A stretch of 37,276 bases of DNA, taken from Deltaproteobacteria bacterium (GTDB lineage Bacteria; Myxococcota; Myxococcia; Myxococcales; 40CM-4-68-19). Below, in pieces: positions 18,124 to 26,280 of the stretch; position 1 is the first letter of the stretch; every line of letters begins with the position of its first letter. Below the pieces are notes generated by a model. The model was not told the origin of the DNA, did not search any database, and saw only the letters and a program-made list of their open reading frames with translations. The stretch is taken from NCBI GenBank assembly GCA_005879505.1, contig VBKQ01000140.1, positions 1 through 37,276 of the forward strand, written 5' to 3'. Both the position numbers and the translations under genes were made by a program.

Positions 18124-18687
18124 TCAGGGCGGCCCCCCAGCCGGAGGAACCTGCGTTCGTGCCCAATCCTCCGAGGATCGGCCGGACCCGTCGCGGCGCG
18201 CGCGCGACGCGCCCGCTGCGGTCAGGAGATCGGCCACTTCGGAGCGCCCGAAGAGACGGGCGAACATCAGAGCGGTCTGGCCGACTCGGTTGGCCTGGTC
18301 GACGGCGCATGGCTGCGCGAGAAGCAGCTCGACCACGCGCTTCTGTCCCTGGAACGCCGCACCCATGAGGGCCGAGTTGCCGCGACCGTCGCCGGCACAG
18401 GCGTCGGCGCCCAGCCGCAGCAGCGTGCGCACCGCCTCGGCGTGACCGTGATACGCGGCGAGGATGAGGGCGGTGAAGCCGCGGGCGTCGCGCGTCTCCA
18501 CCGAGATGCCTGCGCCCACCAGGCCCTCGATCGCCGCCGCATCTCCTTCGCGAGCGGCGGCGAGCAGGTAACGCTCAGCATCCGCCCGGGGGACTTCTCG
18601 TCTCGAGAGGGTCGGCAGTGCTGCGAAGAGGACTCCACCCAGCAGCAGCGGGAACGCCAGCCAGGCCACCGATGCGCGCGACGTCAT
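18124..18687 (-). CDS. ankB: membrane-anchored ankyrin-repeat protein, AnkB-like
   Basis: It has an N-terminal TM or signal segment plus ankyrin repeats (GFTALILAAYHGHAEAVRTLLRLGAD; GNSALMGAAFQGQKRVVELLL; GQTALMFARLFGRSEVADLL). The ATG lies 2 nt after the catalase stop (TGAccATG), the same order as Pseudomonas katB-ankB. Confidence 0.85.
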   Translation of the reverse strand: MTSRASVAWLAFPLLLGGVLFAALPTLSRREVPRADAERYLLAAAREGDAAAIEGLVGAGISVETRDARGFTALILAAYHGHAEAVRTLLRLGADACAGDGRGNSALMGAAFQGQKRVVELLLAQPCAVDQANRVGQTALMFARLFGRSEVADLLTAAGASRARRDGSGRSSEDWARTQVPPAGGPP

Positions 18688-18689
18688 GG

Positions 18690-20177
18690 TCAGCGTACCG
18701 CGAGCCGCGCAGCGTCCGCGCTCACGCCTACCGCTTCGGCGAGCCGGCCGCCGTATTCCTCGTCGGCCTGCAGCATGAAGCCGACGATCCGCGTCTTGAC
18801 GGCCGCATTCTTCACCTGCCCGAGATCGCCGGCCAGGTTCTGCACCAGCCGCGCGCGCGCCGGCGCATCGAGCCGCCGATAAAATGCGCCTGCCTGCGAG
18901 AAGTCGTCGGTCTTTTCGATGCGCGCCTGCTGCGTGGTGCCGGAGAGCGGCGTGCGCGAATAGGCATAGGCCGACGTTTCGGCGACGGCGCCCGACACGC
19001 TCGGCTCGTAGTTGACGTCTGTTGCCGGACGCGCGCTGCTCATCGGGCCGGCCTGGTTGTTGTTGGCCACCGGCGAGCGGGGGTGATTGACCGGAAGCTG
19101 GAGATAGTTGGGCCCGACCCGGTAACGCTGCGTGTCGGTGTACGCGAAGAGCCGGCCCTGCAGGAGCTTGTCCTCCGAGGGCTCGATTCCAGGCGGCTGC
19201 ACCGCCGGACTGAACGCGGACTGCTCCGTGTCCTCGAAAAAGTTCGAGGGCGTGCGTTCCAGGGTGAAGCGGCCGAGGACCACCGAAGGAACCTGATCTT
19301 CCGGCCAGATCTTAGTGGGGTCGAGAGCGTCGAAGCTGAAGCGGTCAAGGTCCTTCGAGTCGACGATCTGCGCCGTCAGCTCCCAGCTCGGGTGATCGCC
19401 GCGCGCGATCGCGTCGTAGAGGTCCTTGGTGGCGTGCTGGAAGTCGGCGGCCTGAAGCTTCGCCGCCTCCTCCGGGGTGAGCGTCTTCACGCCCTGGAGC
19501 GAGAGATAGTGAAACTTCACGTAATGGACTACGCCCTTGGCGTTGACGAACTTGAACGCGTGCACGCCGTGGCCGTCCATCTGCCGGTAGTTCGCGGGGA
19601 CGCCTAGGTCAGAATAGAGCTGCGTGATCATGTGCGTCGATTCGGGCACGTGCGAAAAGAAGTCGAAGAACCGATTCGGGTCCTGCCGGTTGGTCACCGG
19701 CGACGGCTTGAGCGAGTGGACCATATCGGGGAACTTGATCGCGTCGCGGATGAAGAACACCGGCAGGTCGTTGCCGACCAGATCCCAGTTGCCCTCCTCG
19801 GTGTAGAACTTGAGGGCGAACCCGCGCGGATCGCGCAGCGTCTCGGGCGAATTGCCGCCGTGCACGACGGTGGAGAAGCGCACGAACATCGGCGTGCGCT
19901 TGCCCTTGGCGGAAAAGATCTTCGCGCGGGTGAGCGCGGAGAAGTCCGCCGCGCTCTCGAACGTGCCGTAGGCGCCAACGCCTCGGGCGTGCACCACTCT
20001 TTCTGGGATGCGCTCGCGATCGAAGCGCGCAAGCTTCTCGATCAGCGTGAAGTCCTCGAGCAATACGCTGCCGCGCGCGCCGGCAGTTTTGGAGTTCTGG
20101 TTGCTGCCGACCGGCGCGCCGGAGTCGGTGGTGAGAGGGGCAGTTGCTGCGAGGAGTGCGGCGAAGAGGAGACGCAT
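18690..20177 (-). CDS. katB: monofunctional haem catalase (small-subunit type) with putative signal peptide
   Basis: Catalase signatures are RERIPERVVHARG, FSTVVHGGNSPETLRDPRGFALKFYTEEGNWDLVGN and RLFAYTDTQRYRVG. The hydrophobic N-terminus MRLLFAALLAATAPL suggests export. Confidence 0.95.
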   Translation of the reverse strand: MRLLFAALLAATAPLTTDSGAPVGSNQNSKTAGARGSVLLEDFTLIEKLARFDRERIPERVVHARGVGAYGTFESAADFSALTRAKIFSAKGKRTPMFVRFSTVVHGGNSPETLRDPRGFALKFYTEEGNWDLVGNDLPVFFIRDAIKFPDMVHSLKPSPVTNRQDPNRFFDFFSHVPESTHMITQLYSDLGVPANYRQMDGHGVHAFKFVNAKGVVHYVKFHYLSLQGVKTLTPEEAAKLQAADFQHATKDLYDAIARGDHPSWELTAQIVDSKDLDRFSFDALDPTKIWPEDQVPSVVLGRFTLERTPSNFFEDTEQSAFSPAVQPPGIEPSEDKLLQGRLFAYTDTQRYRVGPNYLQLPVNHPRSPVANNNQAGPMSSARPATDVNYEPSVSGAVAETSAYAYSRTPLSGTTQQARIEKTDDFSQAGAFYRRLDAPARARLVQNLAGDLGQVKNAAVKTRIVGFMLQADEEYGGRLAEAVGVSADAARLAVR

Positions 20178-20222
20178 TTCTTGGTTCCTTTTCCGTGGGG
20201 CGTGACCGGAACGCGGGCCGAC

Positions 20223-20735
20223 TTATTCCTCGCGGGTGTCCGAACCGTTCCTGGGAATGCCGGCGGCGAACCAGTGCCCGTTGGCGGCGCTGAGGATGAG
20301 CAGCACTGGATTGTCGCAGGAGACCAGCACCGCTGGCGTGAGCGCGTCGTCGATGTGGAAATCGCCGTTGGCGGCGAGGGCCACGCCGGCGGCGCTCGTG
20401 CTGTGAGCGGTGGCCGTCGTCGCGGGTCCGCAGAAGACGGCTGCGAAGACGCGCTGCCCGCCGGTGGTGCCGATCGCATTGCCGGCGGTGAGCAGCAGGC
20501 CCCGCCCATCGACGGAGATGCGGCCGTCCGCTTGGACTTCCGCCGTAAGCGCGGTGATCTGCCAGGTAAAGCCGCCCGGCGAAACGCCGCGGACGACGTT
20601 GACGGCGGGGGTTCCCGTCGAGGTCACTCCGGCGACCGGATCGACTCCGATGCCGCCTTTGAAGGCGAGCATGGTGGAATCGGCCGAGGCCAGGCTGGGA
20701 AACAGGATGGCGAGGGCGAGGGCGAGCGTTTTCAT
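20223..20735 (-). CDS. secreted hypothetical protein (170 aa)
   Basis: It has a clear signal peptide (MKTLALALAILFPSLASA), GGAGG upstream of the ATG and two Cys residues. No family was recognised. Confidence 0.7.
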   Translation of the reverse strand: MKTLALALAILFPSLASADSTMLAFKGGIGVDPVAGVTSTGTPAVNVVRGVSPGGFTWQITALTAEVQADGRISVDGRGLLLTAGNAIGTTGGQRVFAAVFCGPATTATAHSTSAAGVALAANGDFHIDDALTPAVLVSCDNPVLLILSAANGHWFAAGIPRNGSDTREE

Positions 20736-20762
20736 GAGACCTCCAGCTTGGAACGCGGGTTG

Positions 20763-20817
20763 GACTCGTCCGGCCGGCGCACGGTTCGCGCGGGAATAAA
20801 ATCACCGCGCCGCGGTC
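20763..20817. promoter_or_regulatory. candidate divergent ECF-type promoter pair
   Basis: Plus strand: GGGAATAAA (20792-20800), then N17 after GGAAT, then GTC (20815-20817). Minus strand: CGAAC (20788-20784), N18, GTC (20765-20763), about 28 nt upstream of the 20735 start codon. Confidence 0.4.
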
Positions 20818-21348
20818 TACAGCTATCCCCGGGGCGCGGCGTCGAATGGCGGCCAGGATCTGCGGGGGCCGCGAAGAACGTGATGACTCGGTACCCGATT
20901 ACCTCGTGATCGAGACGGCGTTCACGGCCGTGCATTGGGCGATTGTCGGCCCGCTCACGGCACTTGCGTTCGCGCCTGCGCGTCGCGTGAAGGGCTGTAA
21001 TGTTCGGCGGCCTCGCGACCTCCACGTCTGCTCGTAGCGGTGGAGATGGATCACCTCGCGTTGCGCGTTTGGTAGCTGCGCGAGGGTCGCGCGCTCTGCC
21101 GAGGCCCGCTCGCGCGCGACGGAGCTGTCCGGCTCACCGGGAGCTGCAATATCGCCCGCCTCTTTCGCCCTCGGCTTCGTTCCTCCGCCGACTGCGCCCG
21201 GGATTCATCGGTCCGCACCCGGGCCACGATGGTGAACAAGCCAGTCGCGCAGTCCCATCCTGGTGCGCGGGGGGCCTCAGCGTTGTACGGCGCGCAGAGC
21301 GACCACCCGATCGCGTTCATCGCGTCACATGCGACTTGTCGCTGTGAA

Positions 21349-22146
21349 TCAGCCTTGGCGGCGCACCAGCTCGACGAACTTCTGCAGCTCGCCCTCGTTC
21401 AGATCGGAAACCGCCCAGTAATGCATCCCGTCCTTTGCCCAGCAGTACGCGCTGTAGCCGCGCCGGGAGAGGCGCTGCACCGGCTCGTCGCCGGCGCGCT
21501 TGCTCGGCCAGACGAAAAGGTTCACCACGTGCTGCTCGCGGCGGTAGACGAGCGCTGCCGCGGGCGTGTCCTCGACGTAATCGAGCCGACCGCCCACGAG
21601 CGGATAACCCTGGGCGGCCCAATCGGTCACCGACACCGAGTAGTCGAGCTTTCCCTGGAACCAGGGCTTGACAGTGTGCTGGTCGGAGGAAGCCACGTCC
21701 GTGAGATGGTTGGCGAGCAGCGACCGAACGTGCGCCGCGATCACCGCCTCGGCGACTGAAGCTTCGGACGGCGGGCGCCAGAGGCGCGGTCCGGCCACTA
21801 CCACCAGTGCGGCGGCTGCCGCAAAGGGGGCCAGCGCCGCCCACCTCCACGCGTGCCGGCGACGCCGCGCAACTCGCGGGAGCGCGGGGCTCGCTTCTTC
21901 GGAGTGTAGGGGAACGGAATGTCCTTCCGCGTGCAATGCATCGCGCAGCCGCGCGTCGAATTCCGGCGACGGCACATACCTGCTCAGGTTCGTACGTGCC
22001 GAGGCCTGCAGCTCGCGCAGTGCCCGCTCCTCGGCGCCGCAACCGGGGCAACGGGCGACGTGCCCCTCGATCTCCAGCGCTCCGCGCAGATCGAGCTCGT
22101 TGTCCACGTAGGCGTCGATCAGCCGCTTCGTCTCGGAGCAATTCAT
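21349..22146 (-). CDS. membrane-spanning anti-sigma factor with N-terminal ZAS zinc finger
   Basis: HVARCPGC is an HxxxCxxC motif. It has a central TM (WAALAPFAAAAALVVVAG) and a periplasmic C-terminal domain. It overlaps the sigma gene by 4 nt. Confidence 0.85.
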   Translation of the reverse strand: MNCSETKRLIDAYVDNELDLRGALEIEGHVARCPGCGAEERALRELQASARTNLSRYVPSPEFDARLRDALHAEGHSVPLHSEEASPALPRVARRRRHAWRWAALAPFAAAAALVVVAGPRLWRPPSEASVAEAVIAAHVRSLLANHLTDVASSDQHTVKPWFQGKLDYSVSVTDWAAQGYPLVGGRLDYVEDTPAAALVYRREQHVVNLFVWPSKRAGDEPVQRLSRRGYSAYCWAKDGMHYWAVSDLNEGELQKFVELVRRQG

Positions 22147-22682
22147 GACGCGCTCCCCGGCTGCTCGCGGCGGGCGACGGCGGCCTGCAGCTGCCGCCGC
22201 GCGCGCGAGAGCCGCGACATCACCGTGCCGATGGGAATGCGCGCCACGTCTGCGATCTCCTTATACGAAAGTCCTTCCATCTCACGCAGCACGAAGACCT
22301 CGCGGAACTCGACCGGCAGCGCCTCCACGGCCTCGTTGAGAAAGCGCTGCTGCGCCGAGCGTAGTACCAGCACCTCGGGCGTCTCAGAGGTGTGCCCATT
22401 CGAGGCCGGCTCGCTATGAAGCACCTCGTCGAACTCGGTGTCCAGCTCACGGGCGCGGTTCTGCTGCAAGAAGGAATAGGCACTGTTGCGAACGACGGTC
22501 AGCAGCCAGGCACGCGGATTGTCACCGCTGAATCCGTCAAAGAAGCGGAATGCGCGCACAATGGCCTCCTGCGTGACATCCTCGGCGTCGTGGTCGTTGC
22601 GCAAAAGCCAACGAGCGAGGTTGTACCCTGCCCTCATGTGGGGCAGCACCACTGCCTCGAACGAGTCGACTCGATGCGGCAA
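22143..22682 (-). CDS. ECF-family RNA polymerase sigma factor
   Basis: TTG start is preceded by GGAGGGG. Region 2 is DAEDVTQEAIVRAFRFFDGFSGDNPRAWLLTVVRNSAYSF. Region 4 is LPVEFREVFVLREMEGLSYKEIADVARIPIGTVMSRLSRARRQL. Confidence 0.9.
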   Translation of the reverse strand: MPHRVDSFEAVVLPHMRAGYNLARWLLRNDHDAEDVTQEAIVRAFRFFDGFSGDNPRAWLLTVVRNSAYSFLQQNRARELDTEFDEVLHSEPASNGHTSETPEVLVLRSAQQRFLNEAVEALPVEFREVFVLREMEGLSYKEIADVARIPIGTVMSRLSRARRQLQAAVARREQPGSAS

Positions 22683-22714
22683 TACCCCTCCGAGCGGAAA
22701 GGTCCAACCGCTGC

Positions 22715-22741
22715 GACCACGGCATCACTGACTTTATTCCC
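22715..22741 (-). promoter_or_regulatory. candidate autoregulatory ECF promoter upstream of the sigma gene
   Basis: The minus strand reads cGGGAATAAAGTCAGTGATGCCGTGGTCGCAG, that is GGAAT-N18-GTC, about 33 nt upstream of the TTG start. The same motif recurs at six other intergenic sites in the cluster. Confidence 0.55.
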
Positions 22742-22831
22742 GAGCCGCCGCAAGAGCGCAGCCAGTGCAGGGAGGGAAGAAGTTGGGATTGGCTTCGCAC
22801 CAACATTCTCCGATTTCGGCCTCGATGGTGC

Positions 22832-23215
22832 TCAGTCCTGCGTCGCCAGGCGCCGCTCCTCTTGCTCGTCGCGTACCTGGAGGGTGCCGAAGTAGCCAGT
22901 GGAGAGCGGCGCGAGGAGATCCTGGAAATGGCACACTTTGGGGCCGATGCCGATCGCGACGGAGTAGGTGTCCCCAGGATTCAGGACAGTGGACGACAGC
23001 TCGGCGCAGTCATTCGAGTAGATTTGGTGAGGTCGCGCATCGGCGTTGACGAATGCGAGCACGCTGCCCGTCTCGACCTCTAGAACGGGTGCGCTGACTC
23101 CGTGCTCGTCGAGCCGCTCGACCGGCTCTCGCCTCGCTTCGCGGCCGAAGCCCGCGCACCCGCAGAGCGCCGACAAGCACGCCAGCACTGCGATCTTCAT
23201 CGACTTGCGATCCAT
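22832..23215 (-). CDS. lipoprotein with cupredoxin-like fold features (hypothetical)
   Basis: MDRKSMKIAVLACLSALCGCAG carries a lipobox. The pattern VLEVETGSVLAFVNADARPHQ...LNPGDTYSV...GPKVCHFQD resembles single-domain cupredoxin-like proteins. The assignment is weak. Confidence 0.55.
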   Translation of the reverse strand: MDRKSMKIAVLACLSALCGCAGFGREARREPVERLDEHGVSAPVLEVETGSVLAFVNADARPHQIYSNDCAELSSTVLNPGDTYSVAIGIGPKVCHFQDLLAPLSTGYFGTLQVRDEQEERRLATQD

Positions 23216-23249
23216 GGCCCTTGTCCTTGGTCCGGTCTCAGCGACCGGA

Positions 23250-23303
23250 GACTCGGCCGCTGCACGGCATTCCGGTGGGAATGAGTTCGTGCCCGAGGCA
23301 GTC
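23250..23303. promoter_or_regulatory. palindromic ATTCC-GGTG-GGAAT element with flanking GTC boxes
   Basis: The palindrome spans 23269-23282. Plus side: GGAAT-N18-GTC (23301-23303). Minus side: GGAAT-N16-GTC (23252-23250), upstream of the 23215 start. Confidence 0.35.
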
Positions 23304-23676
23304 AATGCGCGCCCGTGATGGCGGCCGCGCGACTGTCTTCGGGCCGCTTGATCTCGACGAAAACGAGACGGTCGCCTCCCGTGACAGCGCGCGCTTCATC
23401 CGTGCTCGTCACGATTTTGGATACTGCAGTCGTGGATGAAATGGGGAGCGAGTAGCCAGCCAGGGTACGAGCTTCGTCTGTGCTGGAAATGGCACCCTCC
23501 ACCGGGGCCTTCACCGCGTTTGCGTGCGGCGGTGTGTTCGGCGCGAGCGCCCTAGCTTCGTCGCTGTTTGTCGGGAGCGGGCTGGCGCGAGTAACGCTCC
23601 CGGCTGCACCCGAAACCAAGAGTGCGACGCCGAGCGAGAGGCCGAGTTTCGAGAGTCTGTGATGGGTCTTCAGCAT
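23302..23676 (-). CDS. small secreted protein with three (S/T)(S/T)DEAR repeats
   Basis: Start MLKTHHRLSKLGLSLGVALLVSGAAG at 23676 is preceded by AAGGAGG. NSDEARAL, STDEARTL and STDEARAV are spaced about 28 aa apart. No family was recognised. Confidence 0.6.
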   Translation of the reverse strand: MLKTHHRLSKLGLSLGVALLVSGAAGSVTRASPLPTNSDEARALAPNTPPHANAVKAPVEGAISSTDEARTLAGYSLPISSTTAVSKIVTSTDEARAVTGGDRLVFVEIKRPEDSRAAAITGAH

Positions 23677-23697
23677 TTGAACCTCCTTGCTCATCCT

Positions 23698-23752
23698 GAC
23701 CGCTTCAGCCCTAGGTGCATTCCTCGGGGAATAAAGAGACGTGGGCGCAGTC
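23698..23752. promoter_or_regulatory. palindromic ATTCC-TCGG-GGAAT element with flanking GTC boxes
   Basis: The palindrome spans 23719-23732. Minus side: GGAAT-N18-GTC (23700-23698), just upstream of the SD and start of the repeat-protein gene. Plus side: GGGGAATAAAG-...-GTC (23750-23752, N17). Confidence 0.45.
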
Positions 23753-23778
23753 GCGGGTCAGCCTGACCGTGCCGCGTG

Positions 23779-24327
23779 CTACTCGGCCCGTGGTCTCGCG
23801 CGGTTGATGGACGACATCGTCAGGAGTAACTGTGCGGCGCGCTGCGCCTCTACTCCGAGGGCCATGGATAACGCCGTTGAACCGTCCGCGAGCGCCAGAT
23901 CCAGCGAGGCACCACTTTCGAGCAACAGATTGACGAGCTCGACGCAATCGAGCATGGCTGCGAGCATCAAGGCCGTGAGGCCTTCCGGGCCGGCGCCGTC
24001 TGGATCGGCGCCATGATCGAGGAGCAACGCGATCAGCCGGCGATCTGCGTCCATCACAGCGGTTGTGAGCGGGGTGAAGCCGAGCTCGCTGCGCGACTCG
24101 GGACTGGCGTTGCGCTCGAGCAGGAGGCGAGCAGCGTCGAATCGTCGGTTTGAGCAGGCGACATGGAGCAGGGTTTCACCGCGCTCGTTGCGCGCGTCGG
24201 CCGGGAGGCCATGATCGAGCACACTGCAGAGAGCGGGAGTGTCGCCGACGCGCGCGTGGAAGAATGCAGCGCGGGTGAGCGACATTGAGTGAAAGGTCGG
24301 AGCAGGGAATGGGCGCGGCTTCGTCAT
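23779..24327 (-). CDS. ankyrin-repeat protein (cytoplasmic type, no signal peptide)
   Basis: The ATG at 24327 is preceded by GGAGGA. Ankyrin repeats are GETLLHVACSNRRFDAARLLLERNASP, GFTPLTTAVMDADRRLIALLLDHGADP and GLTALMLAAMLDCVELVNLLLESGAS. Confidence 0.8.
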   Translation of the reverse strand: MTKPRPFPAPTFHSMSLTRAAFFHARVGDTPALCSVLDHGLPADARNERGETLLHVACSNRRFDAARLLLERNASPESRSELGFTPLTTAVMDADRRLIALLLDHGADPDGAGPEGLTALMLAAMLDCVELVNLLLESGASLDLALADGSTALSMALGVEAQRAAQLLLTMSSINRARPRAE

Positions 24328-24355
24328 CGGGCTTCCTCCACGCCCCGCCGTCCCC

Positions 24356-24380
24356 GACTCTCGCGCCGCGCGTATATTCC
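24356..24380 (-). promoter_or_regulatory. candidate ECF-type promoter upstream of the ankyrin gene
   Basis: The minus strand reads GGAATATACGCGCGGCGCGAGAGTCGGGG, that is GGAAT-N17-GTC, about 29 nt upstream of the ATG at 24327. Confidence 0.45.
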
Positions 24381-24397
24381 CATCGGCGTCCGCTGCG

Positions 24398-24841
24398 CTA
24401 TTGCCCGCTGAGGCCCTTCTGCTGCGGTGTGCCGCTGTTGCGGACGAAATCGGCGGTGCCCTGCGAGAGGGCCAGGGTCTTCGCCAGCCTGGCAAGGGCC
24501 GCATCAGCGCTGTCGAGAGAAGCGCGCGCTTCGTCGATGAAGAATCCGTCGCTATGCAGGGTCGCCACGGCAACGACGCCCTCGGGCGCGCGAACGATGT
24601 CGAGCGTGACTTCGAGATCCTCGTGATACGGCGGATGGGCAACGATGGTGAACCCCTCCCCGGCCAACGCCCGGACGAAGGCCGCATGCAGCGCAGAATC
24701 GTGGCTCTCGTCGGCGACGCTCAGGTTGCGGCTGGAAAGCTCGCTGCGCGTGAGCGGTTTGTCTGCGGCCCGCGAGCGCCATTGGCCGACCGTGCACGCC
24801 CAGAACAGGGCCCCGAGAATGCTTGCTGTGAGGACCCTCAC
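24398..24841 (-). CDS. hypothetical lipoprotein / secreted protein (147 aa)
   Basis: The N-terminus MRVLTASILGALFWACT has a hydrophobic leader followed by Cys. It starts 6 nt after the upstream stop. No family was recognised. Confidence 0.6.
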   Translation of the reverse strand: MRVLTASILGALFWACTVGQWRSRAADKPLTRSELSSRNLSVADESHDSALHAAFVRALAGEGFTIVAHPPYHEDLEVTLDIVRAPEGVVAVATLHSDGFFIDEARASLDSADAALARLAKTLALSQGTADFVRNSGTPQQKGLSGQ

Positions 24842-24846
24842 CGCGG

Positions 24847-26181
24847 TCAGTCCCGCTCGGGATCGTCGTCTTCGCGCTCAGTCAGGAAGTGATCGAGCAC
24901 GAGATCGGCGACCTGCAGGCCAAGGACCCGACCTGCGCTGAGATCGAATCGGAAATGCTGTCCGGCGAAGATCCGACTCAGGGTGGCTTCCTGGGCGGCC
25001 GCGGCAAACGACTGGAACGAGCGTTCTGCCCCGGGCATCACTTCGGACCTGACGCTGAACTTGAAGGGCTCGGCTCCAAGGACGTCCGTGAGCACTGCAG
25101 CTGCGGCAGCGCTGATGACCGCGTGCGCGCCAGGGTACGAAGGATCCGGCGCCGTCTTGCCGACCTCCGGAAGCCAGTTCGGATCGGCATCGGTCTTCAG
25201 GTTGCCATCCGTGTCCGCGGCCCGGATCGCCGTCACCGGCCGCCAGAAGTTGTAAGTGTACTTCGCGTCGTAGAAGGCGATGACGCTGTCCGCGAGTGCG
25301 AGGTTCAGCAGCGCGAAGAGGCGCGCGTTCTGCGCCGTGGTCAACGTATCGACGACGGACGTGGTCTGTGCGATCTCGTTCCAGTAATTCTGGACGGCGC
25401 CGTTCCAGAATCGGCCGGTCAGTGCCTGGTCCGCAGTTGCTGTGCTGCCGGCTGCGCTTCCGAGCGATTTCAAGTCATTGAAGGCATCGCTGTAAGCGGC
25501 GCTGGTGAGCCTGGGCGGCGACCCGGGACGGAACTGGCTGGCGCTCTCGACCGCAAATGGTCTGACGTGGGACCAGTGCGTGAACTGAGGCTGAGGCGGA
25601 AAGTTCGGCGGCGTCGACTGATATGCGCCTGCCATCGTGCCGAAGACATATGTCGGCGGCTGCGCTGCAGACCCATCATCGGCTCGCAGCATCACGAGAT
25701 GCCGAGCAACTTCGGCTCCGATGGCAACCCCTTCCTCCTTCCCCGCTCCATCGGGAACCTCCGTGAGTGATTGCTCGAATTGCGCATCGATCTGGGCGCT
25801 CAACGCCGGATACAACGCCACGAGCACGCCATGCGCGGCGGCCGCGGCGGCCGCTTGTTGCGACGCACCTCGGGGCGCGTGGCGGACACGGATCAGGTAG
25901 GGGGCGTGTGTCCGGTCGATGGCGTTGACGGCATCGTAGATCGCGGCATGAAGCATCGCGAAGCCGCGCGTCGCATGGACCGTCGCCGGCTGCGCCCCTG
26001 GCGTGCGGACGATCGATAGCAGAATCCTGTTCCATTGGACCACCGGGTCGACTGACGGAGCAGGCGATGCAGACGAAACGAGCCGGGTTGTCTCGGTGCG
26101 AGCGGTTTCGCCGGTGGAAGGATTGCCGCAGGCGGCGGCAAGAAGGCAGAGGCTCATCGGTAGAACCAACGCGCTCGTCAT
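24847..26181 (-). CDS. vanadium-dependent haloperoxidase-like / PAP2-superfamily lipoprotein (paralog 2)
   Basis: Start MTSALVLPMSLCLLAAACG carries a lipobox. It is collinear with paralog 1 along its whole length and has identical motifs: KYTYNFWRP, PSYPGAHAV and SRIFAGQHFRFD. Confidence 0.85.
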   Translation of the reverse strand: MTSALVLPMSLCLLAAACGNPSTGETARTETTRLVSSASPAPSVDPVVQWNRILLSIVRTPGAQPATVHATRGFAMLHAAIYDAVNAIDRTHAPYLIRVRHAPRGASQQAAAAAAAHGVLVALYPALSAQIDAQFEQSLTEVPDGAGKEEGVAIGAEVARHLVMLRADDGSAAQPPTYVFGTMAGAYQSTPPNFPPQPQFTHWSHVRPFAVESASQFRPGSPPRLTSAAYSDAFNDLKSLGSAAGSTATADQALTGRFWNGAVQNYWNEIAQTTSVVDTLTTAQNARLFALLNLALADSVIAFYDAKYTYNFWRPVTAIRAADTDGNLKTDADPNWLPEVGKTAPDPSYPGAHAVISAAAAAVLTDVLGAEPFKFSVRSEVMPGAERSFQSFAAAAQEATLSRIFAGQHFRFDLSAGRVLGLQVADLVLDHFLTEREDDDPERD

Positions 26182-26224
26182 CGGATACCTCGATGGGGGG
26201 AACCGGGACGGCATCGGGCGAGAT

Positions 26225-26280
26225 GACCGGCTCGGTGGAGCGGCTATTCCCCGGGGAATGAAATGACGCCTGGGCAAGTC
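26225..26280. promoter_or_regulatory. perfect palindrome ATTCCCCGGGGAAT with symmetric GTC boxes: candidate bidirectional ECF promoter
   Basis: The palindrome spans 26246-26259. Plus side: GGAAT-N18-GTC (26278-26280), toward the NOX-like gene. Minus side: GGAAT-N18-GTC (26227-26225), toward haloperoxidase-like paralog 2 (start 26181). Confidence 0.55.

Noticed and set aside
16610-18445. 611-aa plus-strand ORF
   Set aside because: It is antisense to the haloperoxidase-like and AnkB-like genes. Its composition is Arg/Gly/Ala-rich with no motifs, a typical high-GC shadow ORF.
19609-20909. 398-aa minus and 425-aa plus ORFs overlapping the catalase gene
   Set aside because: They are out of frame or antisense to an unmistakable catalase. 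They are low-complexity, Arg-rich translations.
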